NCBI GenBank assembly: GCA_016779265.1
Contig: JADHNY010000002.1
Span: 13,616-77,615 of the forward strand
Length of the DNA stretch: 64,000 nt
Direction: 5' to 3'
DNA from: Pirellulales bacterium
GTDB lineage: Bacteria; Planctomycetota; Planctomycetia; Pirellulales; UBA1268
Within the stretch, counting starts at the first letter, position 1; the number at the start of each line of letters is the position of its first letter. Below the pieces are notes generated by a model. It saw nothing but the letters and a program-made list of their open reading frames with translations. It was not told the origin of the DNA and ran no database searches. Below, piece after piece: positions 53,853 to 64,000 of the stretch. The position numbers and the translations under genes are program-made.

Positions 53853-54788
53853 TTACAGATGTGGAATGCTGAGATAGGGCTCGATCGCCGCAAACGAAAA
53901 CACCGGCCCATCCTGACAGACAAACACCGGGCCAAACTGGCAGAGTCCACAGTGCCGAACAGCACAGGCCATGTTCCGCTCCAGCGAGACAAACACCTGC
54001 TCGGCTGGCACATCATGCCGCAGCGCCGCATGGGCCACCGCTGTCATCATCGGATCCGGCCCGCAGCAGAGTAGCGTTGTGCGGTCGGAGAGCATGGTGA
54101 GTTCGTTCACGAGATCAGTGACCAGCCCCACCCGACCATCCCACATCGCGGCGTCTCCTGCTGCGTTCTCTGTAGTGGCCGTACCCTGAGGCAGGCCATC
54201 CACGATCGTCCGCACCACCACACCTGCGGCCTTCCACTCCCGATACTCGTGCGTGTAGAGCAGACCAGACGGCTCCTTCGCTCCATGCACGACAGTGACC
54301 GATGCATACTCCGCACGCCGTCGGGCAAGTTCCCGAATGGCCGCTCGCTGTGAGGCAAGACCCAGACCGCCGGCTACCAGCACGAGGTCACGGCCCGTGC
54401 TCTCGGCGACTGGCCATGGTCGACCAAACGGTCCGCGGAGCATCAGCGTGTCACCCGGATGCAGACGGGCCAGGGCATCGGTCACATTCCCAACAGCCCG
54501 CACCGTATGGGCCAGCTGCTGCGGATTGGCAGGATCAGAGCTGATCGAGATTGCGGCCTCACCGATTCCGGGAAGATGCAGCATGTTGAACTGCCCCGGC
54601 AAAAAGCGATAGCGGCCAGCGACCTCCTGATCAAGAAACCGTAGGTCGTAGGTCTGGACTCCAGGAATCTCCTCAACGATTCCCTCGATCCGCACCGTAT
54701 GCGACCGCCACGGATCGCCCGCGGGCACCGTCGCGACCGCGGGCAGGCTGTTGGCAGGTGAGGGACTGCATTCCGCCGGACTCATCAC
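53853..54788 (-). CDS. hyhG: hydrogenase gamma subunit, FAD/NAD(P)-binding with C-terminal [2Fe-2S] (AsrB-like)
   Basis: 311 aa. RFLPGQF flavin motif, LVAGGLGL dinucleotide motif, and C-terminal [21 protein letters not shown]. Confidence 0.85.
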   Translation of the reverse strand: MMSPAECSPSPANSLPAVATVPAGDPWRSHTVRIEGIVEEIPGVQTYDLRFLDQEVAGRYRFLPGQFNMLHLPGIGEAAISISSDPANPQQLAHTVRAVGNVTDALARLHPGDTLMLRGPFGRPWPVAESTGRDLVLVAGGLGLASQRAAIRELARRRAEYASVTVVHGAKEPSGLLYTHEYREWKAAGVVVRTIVDGLPQGTATTENAAGDAAMWDGRVGLVTDLVNELTMLSDRTTLLCCGPDPMMTAVAHAALRHDVPAEQVFVSLERNMACAVRHCGLCQFGPVFVCQDGPVFSFAAIEPYLSIPHL

Positions 54789-56020
54789 GCACCCTCATCA
54801 TGGGGCGACGTCGCACGGATCGCGGCGACCTCTTCGGTGATGTCGATTCCCACCGGACACCAGGTGATGCAGCGACCGCAGCCGGTGCATCCGCTGGTGC
54901 CAAACTGATCGATCCAGCCGGCGAGTTTGTGAGTCAGCCACTGCCGATAGCGGGAAGCGGTAGAACTGCGGACACTCGTGCCGTGCATCCGGGCATGGTC
55001 GAGCGTGAAGCAGCTCGCCCAGTGTCGCTCACGCTGCACTGCGTCACCGGAGAGGTCGGCCACCTCACTGACACTCGAACAAAAGCAGGTCGGGCAGACC
55101 AGAGTGCAGTTGGTGCAGGAGAGGCAGCGTGTCGCCACCTCTTCCCACCGGGGATGCTCGAGGTTGTCGTAGAGTAGGTCTCGAATCCCTTCGGTGTTGA
55201 GACTCCGCGGAGCTGGCTCACCTGCAACCCGCTGGCGTGCGTGCATCGCCTGCTCAAGCCGCTCTGACTGCTCGGCTGCCGCTGCCCGCTCGCTGTCAGT
55301 GCAGGCAATCAGCGGCACCTTCTCCTGTAGTTTCGCGAGGACTGCCGCTCCCCGCTCAGAGCCAACCTCGCAGGCAAAGCGACCGGGAAACTCCGTCAAG
55401 CAAAGATCAAATCCTGCTGAGGCTGCAGGTCCGCATCCGGTGGAGTGACAGAAGCAGGTCGCCGCCGCCCGTCGGCAGTTCACCGCCACCAAAAACAGGC
55501 TCTCACGTCGGCGGTGATAGCCCGGATCCACTGCCTCGCCGCCAAGAAACACCCGGTCCTGGATCGCCAGCCCGGCCAGGTCGCAGCCACGCACGCCGAT
55601 CACCGCCAAAGGAGGCTCCTCCGGCAGGTCCTCCACCTGCCGCCAGGTGCCGTCTTCACGGAGAAAATGGCCGATCGTCTCCCGGGCCGGGAAGAGAAAG
55701 TTCTTCAGCGAATGCGGTCCAACAACATGGTCAAAGAACCCGGCCTCCGGATCGTGCTGGAGTCGGTAGTGTCCGCCATCCTGCTCGTCGATCCAGCCGA
55801 CTGGCAGGTCGCCCGCCTCGGCGAGATCACGGTAGACCACGGCACCGTCGGCCACCTGTGGCCCGATCACCCGCATCCCATCAGTACGCAGGACATCTAT
55901 CAGCGGCTGCAGAGTCTCAGTCGGCAGCCAGACCCAGCTACCGACAGCGGGCCCGCCACGGCCCTGCGTGGGTCGCAGCGGATCCGTATCCTGCACAACT
56001 CGATCATCTGCATGCATCAA
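54785..56020 (-). CDS. hyhB: hydrogenase beta subunit, 4Fe-4S cluster protein (AsrA-like)
   Basis: 411 aa. [16 protein letters not shown] and [12 protein letters not shown] ferredoxin-type motifs. The stop overlaps the hyhG start (ATGA). Confidence 0.8.
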   Translation of the reverse strand: MMHADDRVVQDTDPLRPTQGRGGPAVGSWVWLPTETLQPLIDVLRTDGMRVIGPQVADGAVVYRDLAEAGDLPVGWIDEQDGGHYRLQHDPEAGFFDHVVGPHSLKNFLFPARETIGHFLREDGTWRQVEDLPEEPPLAVIGVRGCDLAGLAIQDRVFLGGEAVDPGYHRRRESLFLVAVNCRRAAATCFCHSTGCGPAASAGFDLCLTEFPGRFACEVGSERGAAVLAKLQEKVPLIACTDSERAAAAEQSERLEQAMHARQRVAGEPAPRSLNTEGIRDLLYDNLEHPRWEEVATRCLSCTNCTLVCPTCFCSSVSEVADLSGDAVQRERHWASCFTLDHARMHGTSVRSSTASRYRQWLTHKLAGWIDQFGTSGCTGCGRCITWCPVGIDITEEVAAIRATSPHDEGA

Positions 56021-56112
56021 CCGACTCCCAACGCACGAGTTCTGCAGATCGCCGCCGCGATCCTCTCTCCGTCATCCTACGGACCCGGCGATGGGAGGTC
56101 GATCATGCCGGC

Positions 56113-57318
56113 TCAGGCGTCGTCGAGCAGATCGACAGAATCGAACGACTTGCCCTCAAGCATCTCGAGGCTTGCACCGCCACCCGTGGAGACATGGCTG
56201 ACCTTTTCGGAGTAGCCCAGCTGCTCGACCGCCGCTGCCGAATCGCCACCACCGATGATGGTCACTGCTCCAGCAGCCGTGGCATCAGCAACGGCGTCTG
56301 CCACTGCCTTGGTGCCGGCATCAAACGGTGACATCTCAAACACACCCATCGGTCCATTCCAGACCACCGTCTTGGCACCACGGATGATCTCACTGTAGCG
56401 AGCGGCCGTCTCCGGGCCGATGTCGAGCCCCTCGAAGCCGTCAGGGATCTCACCCGCCGTCACCACCTGCTTGTTGGCGTCACTGGAGAAGTCGTCGGCA
56501 CAGTGGGTGTCACTCGGCAGCACCAGCTTGTCGCCACCCTTGGACAGGAGTTCCTTAGCGAGATCGACCTTGTCCGCCTCAACAAGTGACTTCCCTGTCT
56601 TGCCACCCTTGGCCAGCGAGAAGGTGTAGGCCATCGCGCCACCGATCAGCACATGGTCACAAACCGCCAGCAGGTTGTTGATCACCAGAATCTTGTCGGA
56701 CACCTTCTTGCCACCGATGATCGCCACGAATGGCCGCTGGGGACTGGAGATCGCATCAGCGAGATAGCGAATCTCTTTCTCCACCAAGAAGCCGACAACG
56801 GCTGGCTTACCAGCTGCCTTCATCGCCTTGGGAACGCCATACATGCTCGCCTCAGTGCGATGGCAGGTGCCAAACGCATCGTTGACATAGATGTCGGCGA
56901 GTCCCGCGACACCAGCGATGTAGTCAGCGTCATCCCCCTTCTTCTCTCCCTTGTTAAACCGCACATTCTCCAGCAATAGCACACCACCATCGGCGAGGGC
57001 GGCTGCCTTTGCCTGCGAGTCGCTTCCACCGGTGTCTTCAGCGAGCGTTACAGGTCGACCGAGCAGTTCGGCAAGCTTCGTGGCGACCGGAGCGAGGGAA
57101 AACTTCTCCTCAAACCCTGTGCCACCTGGGCGGCCGAGATGCGACATCAGCACCACTTTGCCGCCACCCTCGAGGATCTTTGAGATCGTCGGCAACGCCA
57201 TCCGGATCCGGCGATCGTCGGTGATGGCACCTGCGTCGTCCTGGGGAACGTTGAAGTCAACGCGAACGAGCACGGTCTTTCCGGAAACGTCGATGTCGGC
57301 AACGGTCTTCTTGGCCAT
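56113..57318 (-). CDS. pgk: phosphoglycerate kinase
   Basis: Start at the ATG giving [25 protein letters not shown] (GAGGAG upstream). Also has SHLGRP and GGGDS. Confidence 0.95.
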   Translation of the reverse strand: MAKKTVADIDVSGKTVLVRVDFNVPQDDAGAITDDRRIRMALPTISKILEGGGKVVLMSHLGRPGGTGFEEKFSLAPVATKLAELLGRPVTLAEDTGGSDSQAKAAALADGGVLLLENVRFNKGEKKGDDADYIAGVAGLADIYVNDAFGTCHRTEASMYGVPKAMKAAGKPAVVGFLVEKEIRYLADAISSPQRPFVAIIGGKKVSDKILVINNLLAVCDHVLIGGAMAYTFSLAKGGKTGKSLVEADKVDLAKELLSKGGDKLVLPSDTHCADDFSSDANKQVVTAGEIPDGFEGLDIGPETAARYSEIIRGAKTVVWNGPMGVFEMSPFDAGTKAVADAVADATAAGAVTIIGGGDSAAAVEQLGYSEKVSHVSTGGGASLEMLEGKSFDSVDLLDDA

Positions 57319-57344
57319 GGGGCTCCTCAAGGGGTCTACACAGT

Positions 57345-57374
57345 GAAAGGAAAACGAGCGGAAAGGAAAACGAG
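57345..57374. repeat. 14-bp perfect direct repeat GAAAGGAAAACGAG x2 (period 16 bp) in the gyrB-pgk spacer
   Basis: Copies at 57345-57358 and 57361-57374, which is 27-56 nt upstream of the pgk ATG on the minus strand. Confidence 0.7.
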
Positions 57375-57414
57375 AACAAGATGATCTGGCAGATGCGAAG
57401 CTTCGGTAGCGAAG

Positions 57415-59985
<2,571 letters not shown>

Positions 59986-60363
59986 TCAGGAGAGCGTTCC
60001 CACCCGGCAGCGGATGTCAGTGATCCCTTCGCTTGGCACCAGTTTCTGCAAACGGGTTACCAGATCGTGCTTGTGAAACGCCATCTCATGCACGAGGGCT
60101 GAATGCGTCACCACTACCTCTAAGACTCCTCGCCGAACGAGCCCCGCGCGACTGCCGCTGCGAAGCGTTTCCGGCACGACTTCATTCCACGCCGACTCCA
60201 TCTGTGACGCTGACTGCTCCCGGTCGTAGCCAAACCGGGCCATCAAGCCTGAGACAACACTCCCAATGGCCCGCGGGCCTCCGGCAGCAGCCGGCGTATC
60301 ACGCCGATTTTCCTGCCGTTTTCTGCCTGCCTGCGGACGCTTTGGGACGCTCATGCTAGCCAT
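59986..60363 (-). CDS. DUF721-domain protein (DciA-like) in the recF position
   Basis: About 125 aa, with a basic N-terminus followed by VLEVVVTHSALVHEMAFHKHDLV. Lies between dnaN and gyrB. ATG at 60363 (the track uses TTG at 60366). Confidence 0.7.
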   Translation of the reverse strand: MASMSVPKRPQAGRKRQENRRDTPAAAGGPRAIGSVVSGLMARFGYDREQSASQMESAWNEVVPETLRSGSRAGLVRRGVLEVVVTHSALVHEMAFHKHDLVTRLQKLVPSEGITDIRCRVGTLS

Positions 60364-61471
60364 CAACCGACAGCGGCATGATCACGTAGCCATAGCCATC
60401 ATCGGTGCGACAGACCGCTGCACTCTGGGCATCGGTCAGCTCCACCTGGATGGTCGTGGCCGGGTCGAGCACCCTGAGGAAGTCACTGACGAACCGCGGA
60501 TCAAGTTTGATGCGAACGGTTTCCCCTTCATGCTCGATCGGCAGTTCAATCCGACTCTCACCACTCTCGGCCGATCGCCCTGACAACACCAGCTGCCCAG
60601 GCTCAAAGGAAAAGTCGACGCCCTTGGACTGGTCGCTCGTGACGATCGCCGCCTGCCGGACACTCGCCAACAGCGGTCCCACCACAAGGCTGACCCGCAT
60701 CGCTTCAGGCCGTTCAGGAAACACATCCCGCCAACGAGGAAAGCGACCATCGACCAGCCGGGCCGACACGGTCGTGGAGCCCGTGCGAATCAAAATCTCT
60801 GACGAATGCACCGCAATGTGAACCGGTGTGTCGCCTGAGCTCAGACACCGCTCCACAAGCTGCATCGCTCTCGAAGGCACAATCGGCTGAGCATCTGCTG
60901 GATCACCTCCGATGGTGGTAACAGGCCCTTCCATCTTGGCAAGCCGTCGGCCATCCGTTCCCACACCGATCACACCATTTGATGTGAGTTCGATCAAGAC
61001 ACCGCCGAGTGCATAACGACTCGACTCGTTGTCAGTCGCGAACACCGTTCGCTTCACCAACTCTCGGACCAGTGGCGGCGTGAGCTCAAAGCAGGCTTCC
61101 TCGGGAAACGTCGCCACCGCAGGGAACTCAAGCGGGTCTTCGCCGGGCAGGCGGAACTGACTCCGAGGTGCCTTGACGACCGCTGCCGTACCGTCGGAAT
61201 AGATTTCAAAAACAGTCCCCGCTGCCGCCTCGCGGACGATCGCTGAGAGCCGTGATGCCGGGAGCAGCACAGAGCCGGCTGCTTCCACCTCAACACCTTC
61301 GATCTCAATCCGAATGCCGACCTCAAGATCGGTTGCCGACAGAATCGCCTGGCCTGCGTCGGCCTCAAACTTGACGTTGGTCAAAACCGGCTTGGGAGAG
61401 CGGGAGGGCACAACCGCTGCCGCGCTTTGAATCGCCGCCAACAGCGGCTCCCGCGTGACGCGTACTTTCAT
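60356..61471 (-). CDS. dnaN: DNA polymerase III beta sliding clamp
   Basis: Start moved to the ATG giving MKVRVTREPLLAAIQSAAAVVPSRSPKPVLTNVKFE, the typical DnaN N-terminus (AAGGAA upstream). The track ORF adds 86 low-GC, non-homologous residues. Confidence 0.9.
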   Translation of the reverse strand: MKVRVTREPLLAAIQSAAAVVPSRSPKPVLTNVKFEADAGQAILSATDLEVGIRIEIEGVEVEAAGSVLLPASRLSAIVREAAAGTVFEIYSDGTAAVVKAPRSQFRLPGEDPLEFPAVATFPEEACFELTPPLVRELVKRTVFATDNESSRYALGGVLIELTSNGVIGVGTDGRRLAKMEGPVTTIGGDPADAQPIVPSRAMQLVERCLSSGDTPVHIAVHSSEILIRTGSTTVSARLVDGRFPRWRDVFPERPEAMRVSLVVGPLLASVRQAAIVTSDQSKGVDFSFEPGQLVLSGRSAESGESRIELPIEHEGETVRIKLDPRFVSDFLRVLDPATTIQVELTDAQSAAVCRTDDGYGYVIMPLSVDG

Positions 61472-61590
61472 AGATTCCTTGCGACCTGTCAGGGCTTTTT
61501 CCGGTGTTTTGAGCCCTTCAATGTACCCGTTTTGCAGGCTGTTGGGCACTGGGTACCACCGCAATTCTCTGAAGAATGCGGATCCCTCTG

Positions 61591-61650
61591 CTGTCTCTTC
61601 TTCTTTTCTTTTTTGTTTTTTGAGAAAGAAGAAATCAGTAAGAAGAAACA
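61591..61650. other. AT-rich polypyrimidine/polypurine tract (candidate DNA unwinding element)
   Basis: 17 G+C in 60 nt by my count, in a GC-rich genome. The sequence is CTCTTCTTCTTTTCTTTTTTGTTTTTTGAGAAAGAAGAAATCAGTAAGAAGAAACA. Confidence 0.45.
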
Positions 61651-62069
61651 GGCCTGAGCCTATCAGGAACGTCCAGGCAAAACCCCGTTCGTCTCTCGCG
61701 GAGGTCAAACGATCTGTGAGAGGCGACATGAAGAAAGAACAGCGTTTTCTTCCGAAAAAACGAGGTTTTTGAAACGCGAGACCCGGTTAGACAGAAGTGG
61801 GAAACTCGTTGAAGATCTGTCAACAGAAATGTCAGTGCACTGCCGCGCAGCGTGTTGATGGGCTGCGAAAACACTGCCCGAAAGAAGTGGGCTTGCTGCC
61901 AAACCCGCTGTCATCCAACAGTCAAAGACGATGATGAGAAGCTGAATGCTGCCTGCCATGAAACTGGTGACCGAATGGGCCCTCAGCAACGCGACGGTGA
62001 ACAGACCATCCTGCTCACAGTTTTCAGCACCGTGGCAGCGGCACGCTCCCGACGACAAACCAACATTCC

Positions 62070-62078
62070 TGTGGAAAA
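62070..62078. promoter_or_regulatory. DnaA-box-like 9-mer TGTGGAAAA
   Basis: One mismatch to TGTGGATAA (complement of TTATCCACA). It directly abuts the dnaA-like stop codon. Confidence 0.4.
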
Positions 62079-62969
62079 CTAGGCGTCCTGGGACCCCGGA
62101 TTCGTTTCACACCCCAGCGTGGTCAGGATGGCATCCACGTCGGCGGCGACTGCAGGATCGCGTTGGATCCGTTCCTGAGTCACCCGAATCGCGTGCATGA
62201 CTGTTGTGTGATCGCGGCCACTGAAACGACGCCCGATCGCCGCCAGGCTCTCACCACAGAACTGGCGGGCGAGGTACATCGCGATGCCGCGAGCCAACGC
62301 GACCGTGCGACGGCGAGAGCTCCCAATGAGGTCGTCGTTGGTGAGCCCGAAGTGTCGGGCACTGGCTGAGAGAATGCGGCGAACGGAGGGCGCGGGCCTC
62401 CCCATGGCCGGCCCCACGGTTGTCGCGGTCGGCTCCGTGCTCCGCACCGTCACGACGAGCCCTTCACCTAGTCGAGACGTGATCGCCTCTGGCAGTTGTG
62501 AACGCTTGCCATGCTCCTGGGCGAGACTGCAGACCATGCGGCTGCCAGTTTCGAGGACACGATCAAGGAGATGCGGCAGGGAAGCGAGGTGATGGTCTTC
62601 CACGAGCTGGGCAATCCCATCGATGACCACGAGGTCGGCAGAGGTCCAGCGTTGGTGAACACTGTCGAGGCTCTCGCCCGCTGCCGCATCGAGATCGCGG
62701 CAGAGTCGTTTGGCATCAATAAACAGGAGCCGCCGAGAACCACGGGCTGTGTCGCGGTGGAGGCCTTTCCAGTGATGTCGGATCTCCTGGAGCACGGCCG
62801 TCGTCGCAGCGGGGGAGCCAACCAGTACCAGCGGGCTGTAGTAACACGGCTCATCAGCGAGTAGCGAAGTAATCCCCACGCCGAGCAGATCGAGTTCGCT
62901 GCGGACAGCGTGGCGATGATCGCGACGCTGCTGCGGATCGGCGTCACCAGGGCCGCTGGAAGTCGGCAT
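62079..62969 (-). CDS. dnaA: DnaA-like protein: degenerate AAA+ core plus DnaA domain IV, no domains I-II
   Basis: 296 aa. The C-terminus (SSRRRTVALARGIAMYLARQF...GRDHTTVMHAIRV) matches the DnaA DNA-binding domain. The N-terminal part is collinear with the AAA+ core, but the P-loop reads GSPAATTA and Walker B reads VVIDGI. Syntenic with dnaN. Confidence 0.7.
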   Translation of the reverse strand: MPTSSGPGDADPQQRRDHRHAVRSELDLLGVGITSLLADEPCYYSPLVLVGSPAATTAVLQEIRHHWKGLHRDTARGSRRLLFIDAKRLCRDLDAAAGESLDSVHQRWTSADLVVIDGIAQLVEDHHLASLPHLLDRVLETGSRMVCSLAQEHGKRSQLPEAITSRLGEGLVVTVRSTEPTATTVGPAMGRPAPSVRRILSASARHFGLTNDDLIGSSRRRTVALARGIAMYLARQFCGESLAAIGRRFSGRDHTTVMHAIRVTQERIQRDPAVAADVDAILTTLGCETNPGSQDA

Positions 62970-63044
62970 AGCTGTGTCGCTTGTGAATCCCGCCGGCGAA
63001 AAGTGAGGCCCAAGCAGCGAATATAGCCCTGTGTGAGGAGTCCG

Positions 63045-64000
63045 TCACGGTTTACGAAAGCCCACAACGCTTCGCAGGAGATCGATGCCTCGCTCGATGT
63101 CGTCGTCGGTGGTTGACCAGCCGAGGCTGACGCGAACGGCTGACTGGACCCAGGCATCAGGAAGACCTGCGGCCACCAAGGCGGGGCTTGGCTCGCTCGA
63201 ACCACTCGCGCAGGCGGTCCCACTTGCCAGGCAGAGCCCTGCAAGGTCGGCGGCCATCACGACAGCCTGGCGGTCACGACCGGGGAAAGCGATCACACTC
63301 ATCTGGGGAAGCCGCGGAGCGTCACCACCAATCACCACGGCCTCCACGCCCGCGGCCAGGACCGCCTGCTCAAGCCGATCCCGCAGCCCTGCCAGACGGC
63401 GTGCTTCCGCAGCCTGTCGATCCGTCGCCAGACGGACGGCAGTCGCAAACCCCACCGCCAGGGTGACCGACTCCGTGCCGCCTCGCAGACCTCGTTCCTG
63501 GGTTCCCGGGATCAATGGCTCAATCGCCGTGTCACCACGGAGCAGCAGCCCACCGATGCCTCGCGGGCCACCGAGTTTGTGGGCAGCAAGGGAAAGCGAT
63601 GCGACACCAAGCGCCGAGAAGTCGACAGGCAGTCGACCGACGGCCTGCACCGCGTCGGTGTGAATCAGCATCTGAGGGAATCGACTGGCGAGGTCTGCGA
63701 TGTCGTCTACGGTGCCGCTTTGGCTGCAGCCCCATGTCGTTGACAGCACCGCCTGCGAAGAGGCGTCACCTGCGAGGCTGAGCCTGTCGCGATCGAGGCA
63801 GCCATGGGCGTCGAGCGGCAGCTCCGTCAGAGAGCGGCTGTGTGCCGGCTGTCCTGTCCCCTGCAGTGGTTGTGGTTCTACCGATGGAGAGGTGTTTGCC
63901 AGCGAGGCGATCTCTGAGCGGGTGCCGGCATGATCGCGGGCAGAATGGAACAGCCGCGGTTTGCCCAGGCATGCTCCGCTGAGTCCAGCCACTGCCATCT
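63045..64000 (-). CDS. cysteine desulfurase (NifS/IscS class V aminotransferase), N-terminus outside window
   Basis: PLP-lysine motif SLAAHKLGGPRGIGGLLL and active-site Cys motif ASGTACASGSSEPSPAL. The ORF runs off the window end. Confidence 0.85.
   Translation of the reverse strand, partial: MAVAGLSGACLGKPRLFHSARDHAGTRSEIASLANTSPSVEPQPLQGTGQPAHSRSLTELPLDAHGCLDRDRLSLAGDASSQAVLSTTWGCSQSGTVDDIADLASRFPQMLIHTDAVQAVGRLPVDFSALGVASLSLAAHKLGGPRGIGGLLLRGDTAIEPLIPGTQERGLRGGTESVTLAVGFATAVRLATDRQAAEARRLAGLRDRLEQAVLAAGVEAVVIGGDAPRLPQMSVIAFPGRDRQAVVMAADLAGLCLASGTACASGSSEPSPALVAAGLPDAWVQSAVRVSLGWSTTDDDIERGIDLLRSVVGFRKP

Larger units (their letters stand above)
61472..62078. other. candidate chromosomal replication origin (oriC) in the dnaA-dnaN spacer
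   Basis: A 607-bp non-coding spacer at the canonical position. It holds a strongly AT-rich tract, several A/T hairpins, one near-consensus DnaA box and a repeated 9-mer AGAAGTGGG (61793 and 61883). Confidence 0.5.

Noticed and set aside
53822-54031. A 70-aa N-terminal extension of the hydrogenase small-subunit ORF.
   Set aside because: It overlaps the 3' end of hyhG. The internal ATG at 53821 has a strong GGAGGAGG and gives the expected KFASCDGCQ N-terminus.
51918-56331. + strand ORFs 51918..52970 (350 aa), 55237..56331 (364 aa) and 55445..56215 (256 aa), antisense to the hydrogenase genes and pgk.
   Set aside because: These are shadow ORFs opposite well-supported genes, with Arg/Pro/Ser-rich composition.
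61472-61729. An 86-aa N-terminal extension of the dnaN ORF, and the small ORFs in the dnaA-dnaN spacer (e.g. 61705..62058 minus, 61852..62082 plus).
   Set aside because: The extension runs through the AT-rich tract and has no similarity to clamp N-termini, while MKVRVTREPLL... is a typical DnaN start with an RBS. The spacer ORFs have odd composition and sit where oriC is expected.

Overview
This is a visibly GC-rich bacterial chromosomal segment. The protein architectures point to Planctomycetota: cytochrome b fused to a dihaem cytochrome c, PQQ-like beta-propellers starting DWPxWRG/DWPxFRG, a kinase-like protein with a helical N-domain, and DUF721 in the recF position. This placement is an inference from recollection, not a search. 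I call about 50 CDS, almost all core metabolism and information processing:
- hisD-hisC-hisB, a PPi-dependent phosphofructokinase, and accB-accC.
- A four-gene ligase-associated DNA damage response (LADR) operon.
- ppx, ribF and nrnA.
- A Rieske protein plus a cytochrome b/c fusion.
- mgtE, thiC, nrdJ, miaE and pgk.
- An L-rhamnose locus: rhaA, a CodB/NCS1-like permease, a mini membrane protein, and a 1548-aa tandem GH78 rhamnosidase.
- A hyhBGSL-type group 3b [NiFe]-hydrogenase operon.
- The replication-origin neighbourhood gyrB / DUF721 / dnaN / AT-rich spacer / dnaA-like at 57.4-63.0 kb.

I recognised no rRNA, tRNA, CRISPR array, transposase, integrase or prophage genes. The many long antisense or out-of-frame ORFs in the track look like GC-rich shadow ORFs.

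The observations most worth follow-up are:
1. The DnaA homologue at the canonical locus is only ~296 aa. It has no domains I-II, no lid and no P-loop lysine.
2. A membrane-anchored Ser/Thr-kinase-like protein has lost all three catalytic residues (a pseudokinase).
3. A 327-bp gene-free spacer after thiC is closed by a 13-bp long-range helix with GAGCGAA repeats (candidate structured RNA).
4. The rhamnose locus uses a permease family not classically linked to rhamnose and a fused double rhamnosidase.
5. The group 3b hydrogenase operon has no maturation genes nearby.

Nothing here was checked against a database. All family assignments rest on motifs I read in the translated ORFs.
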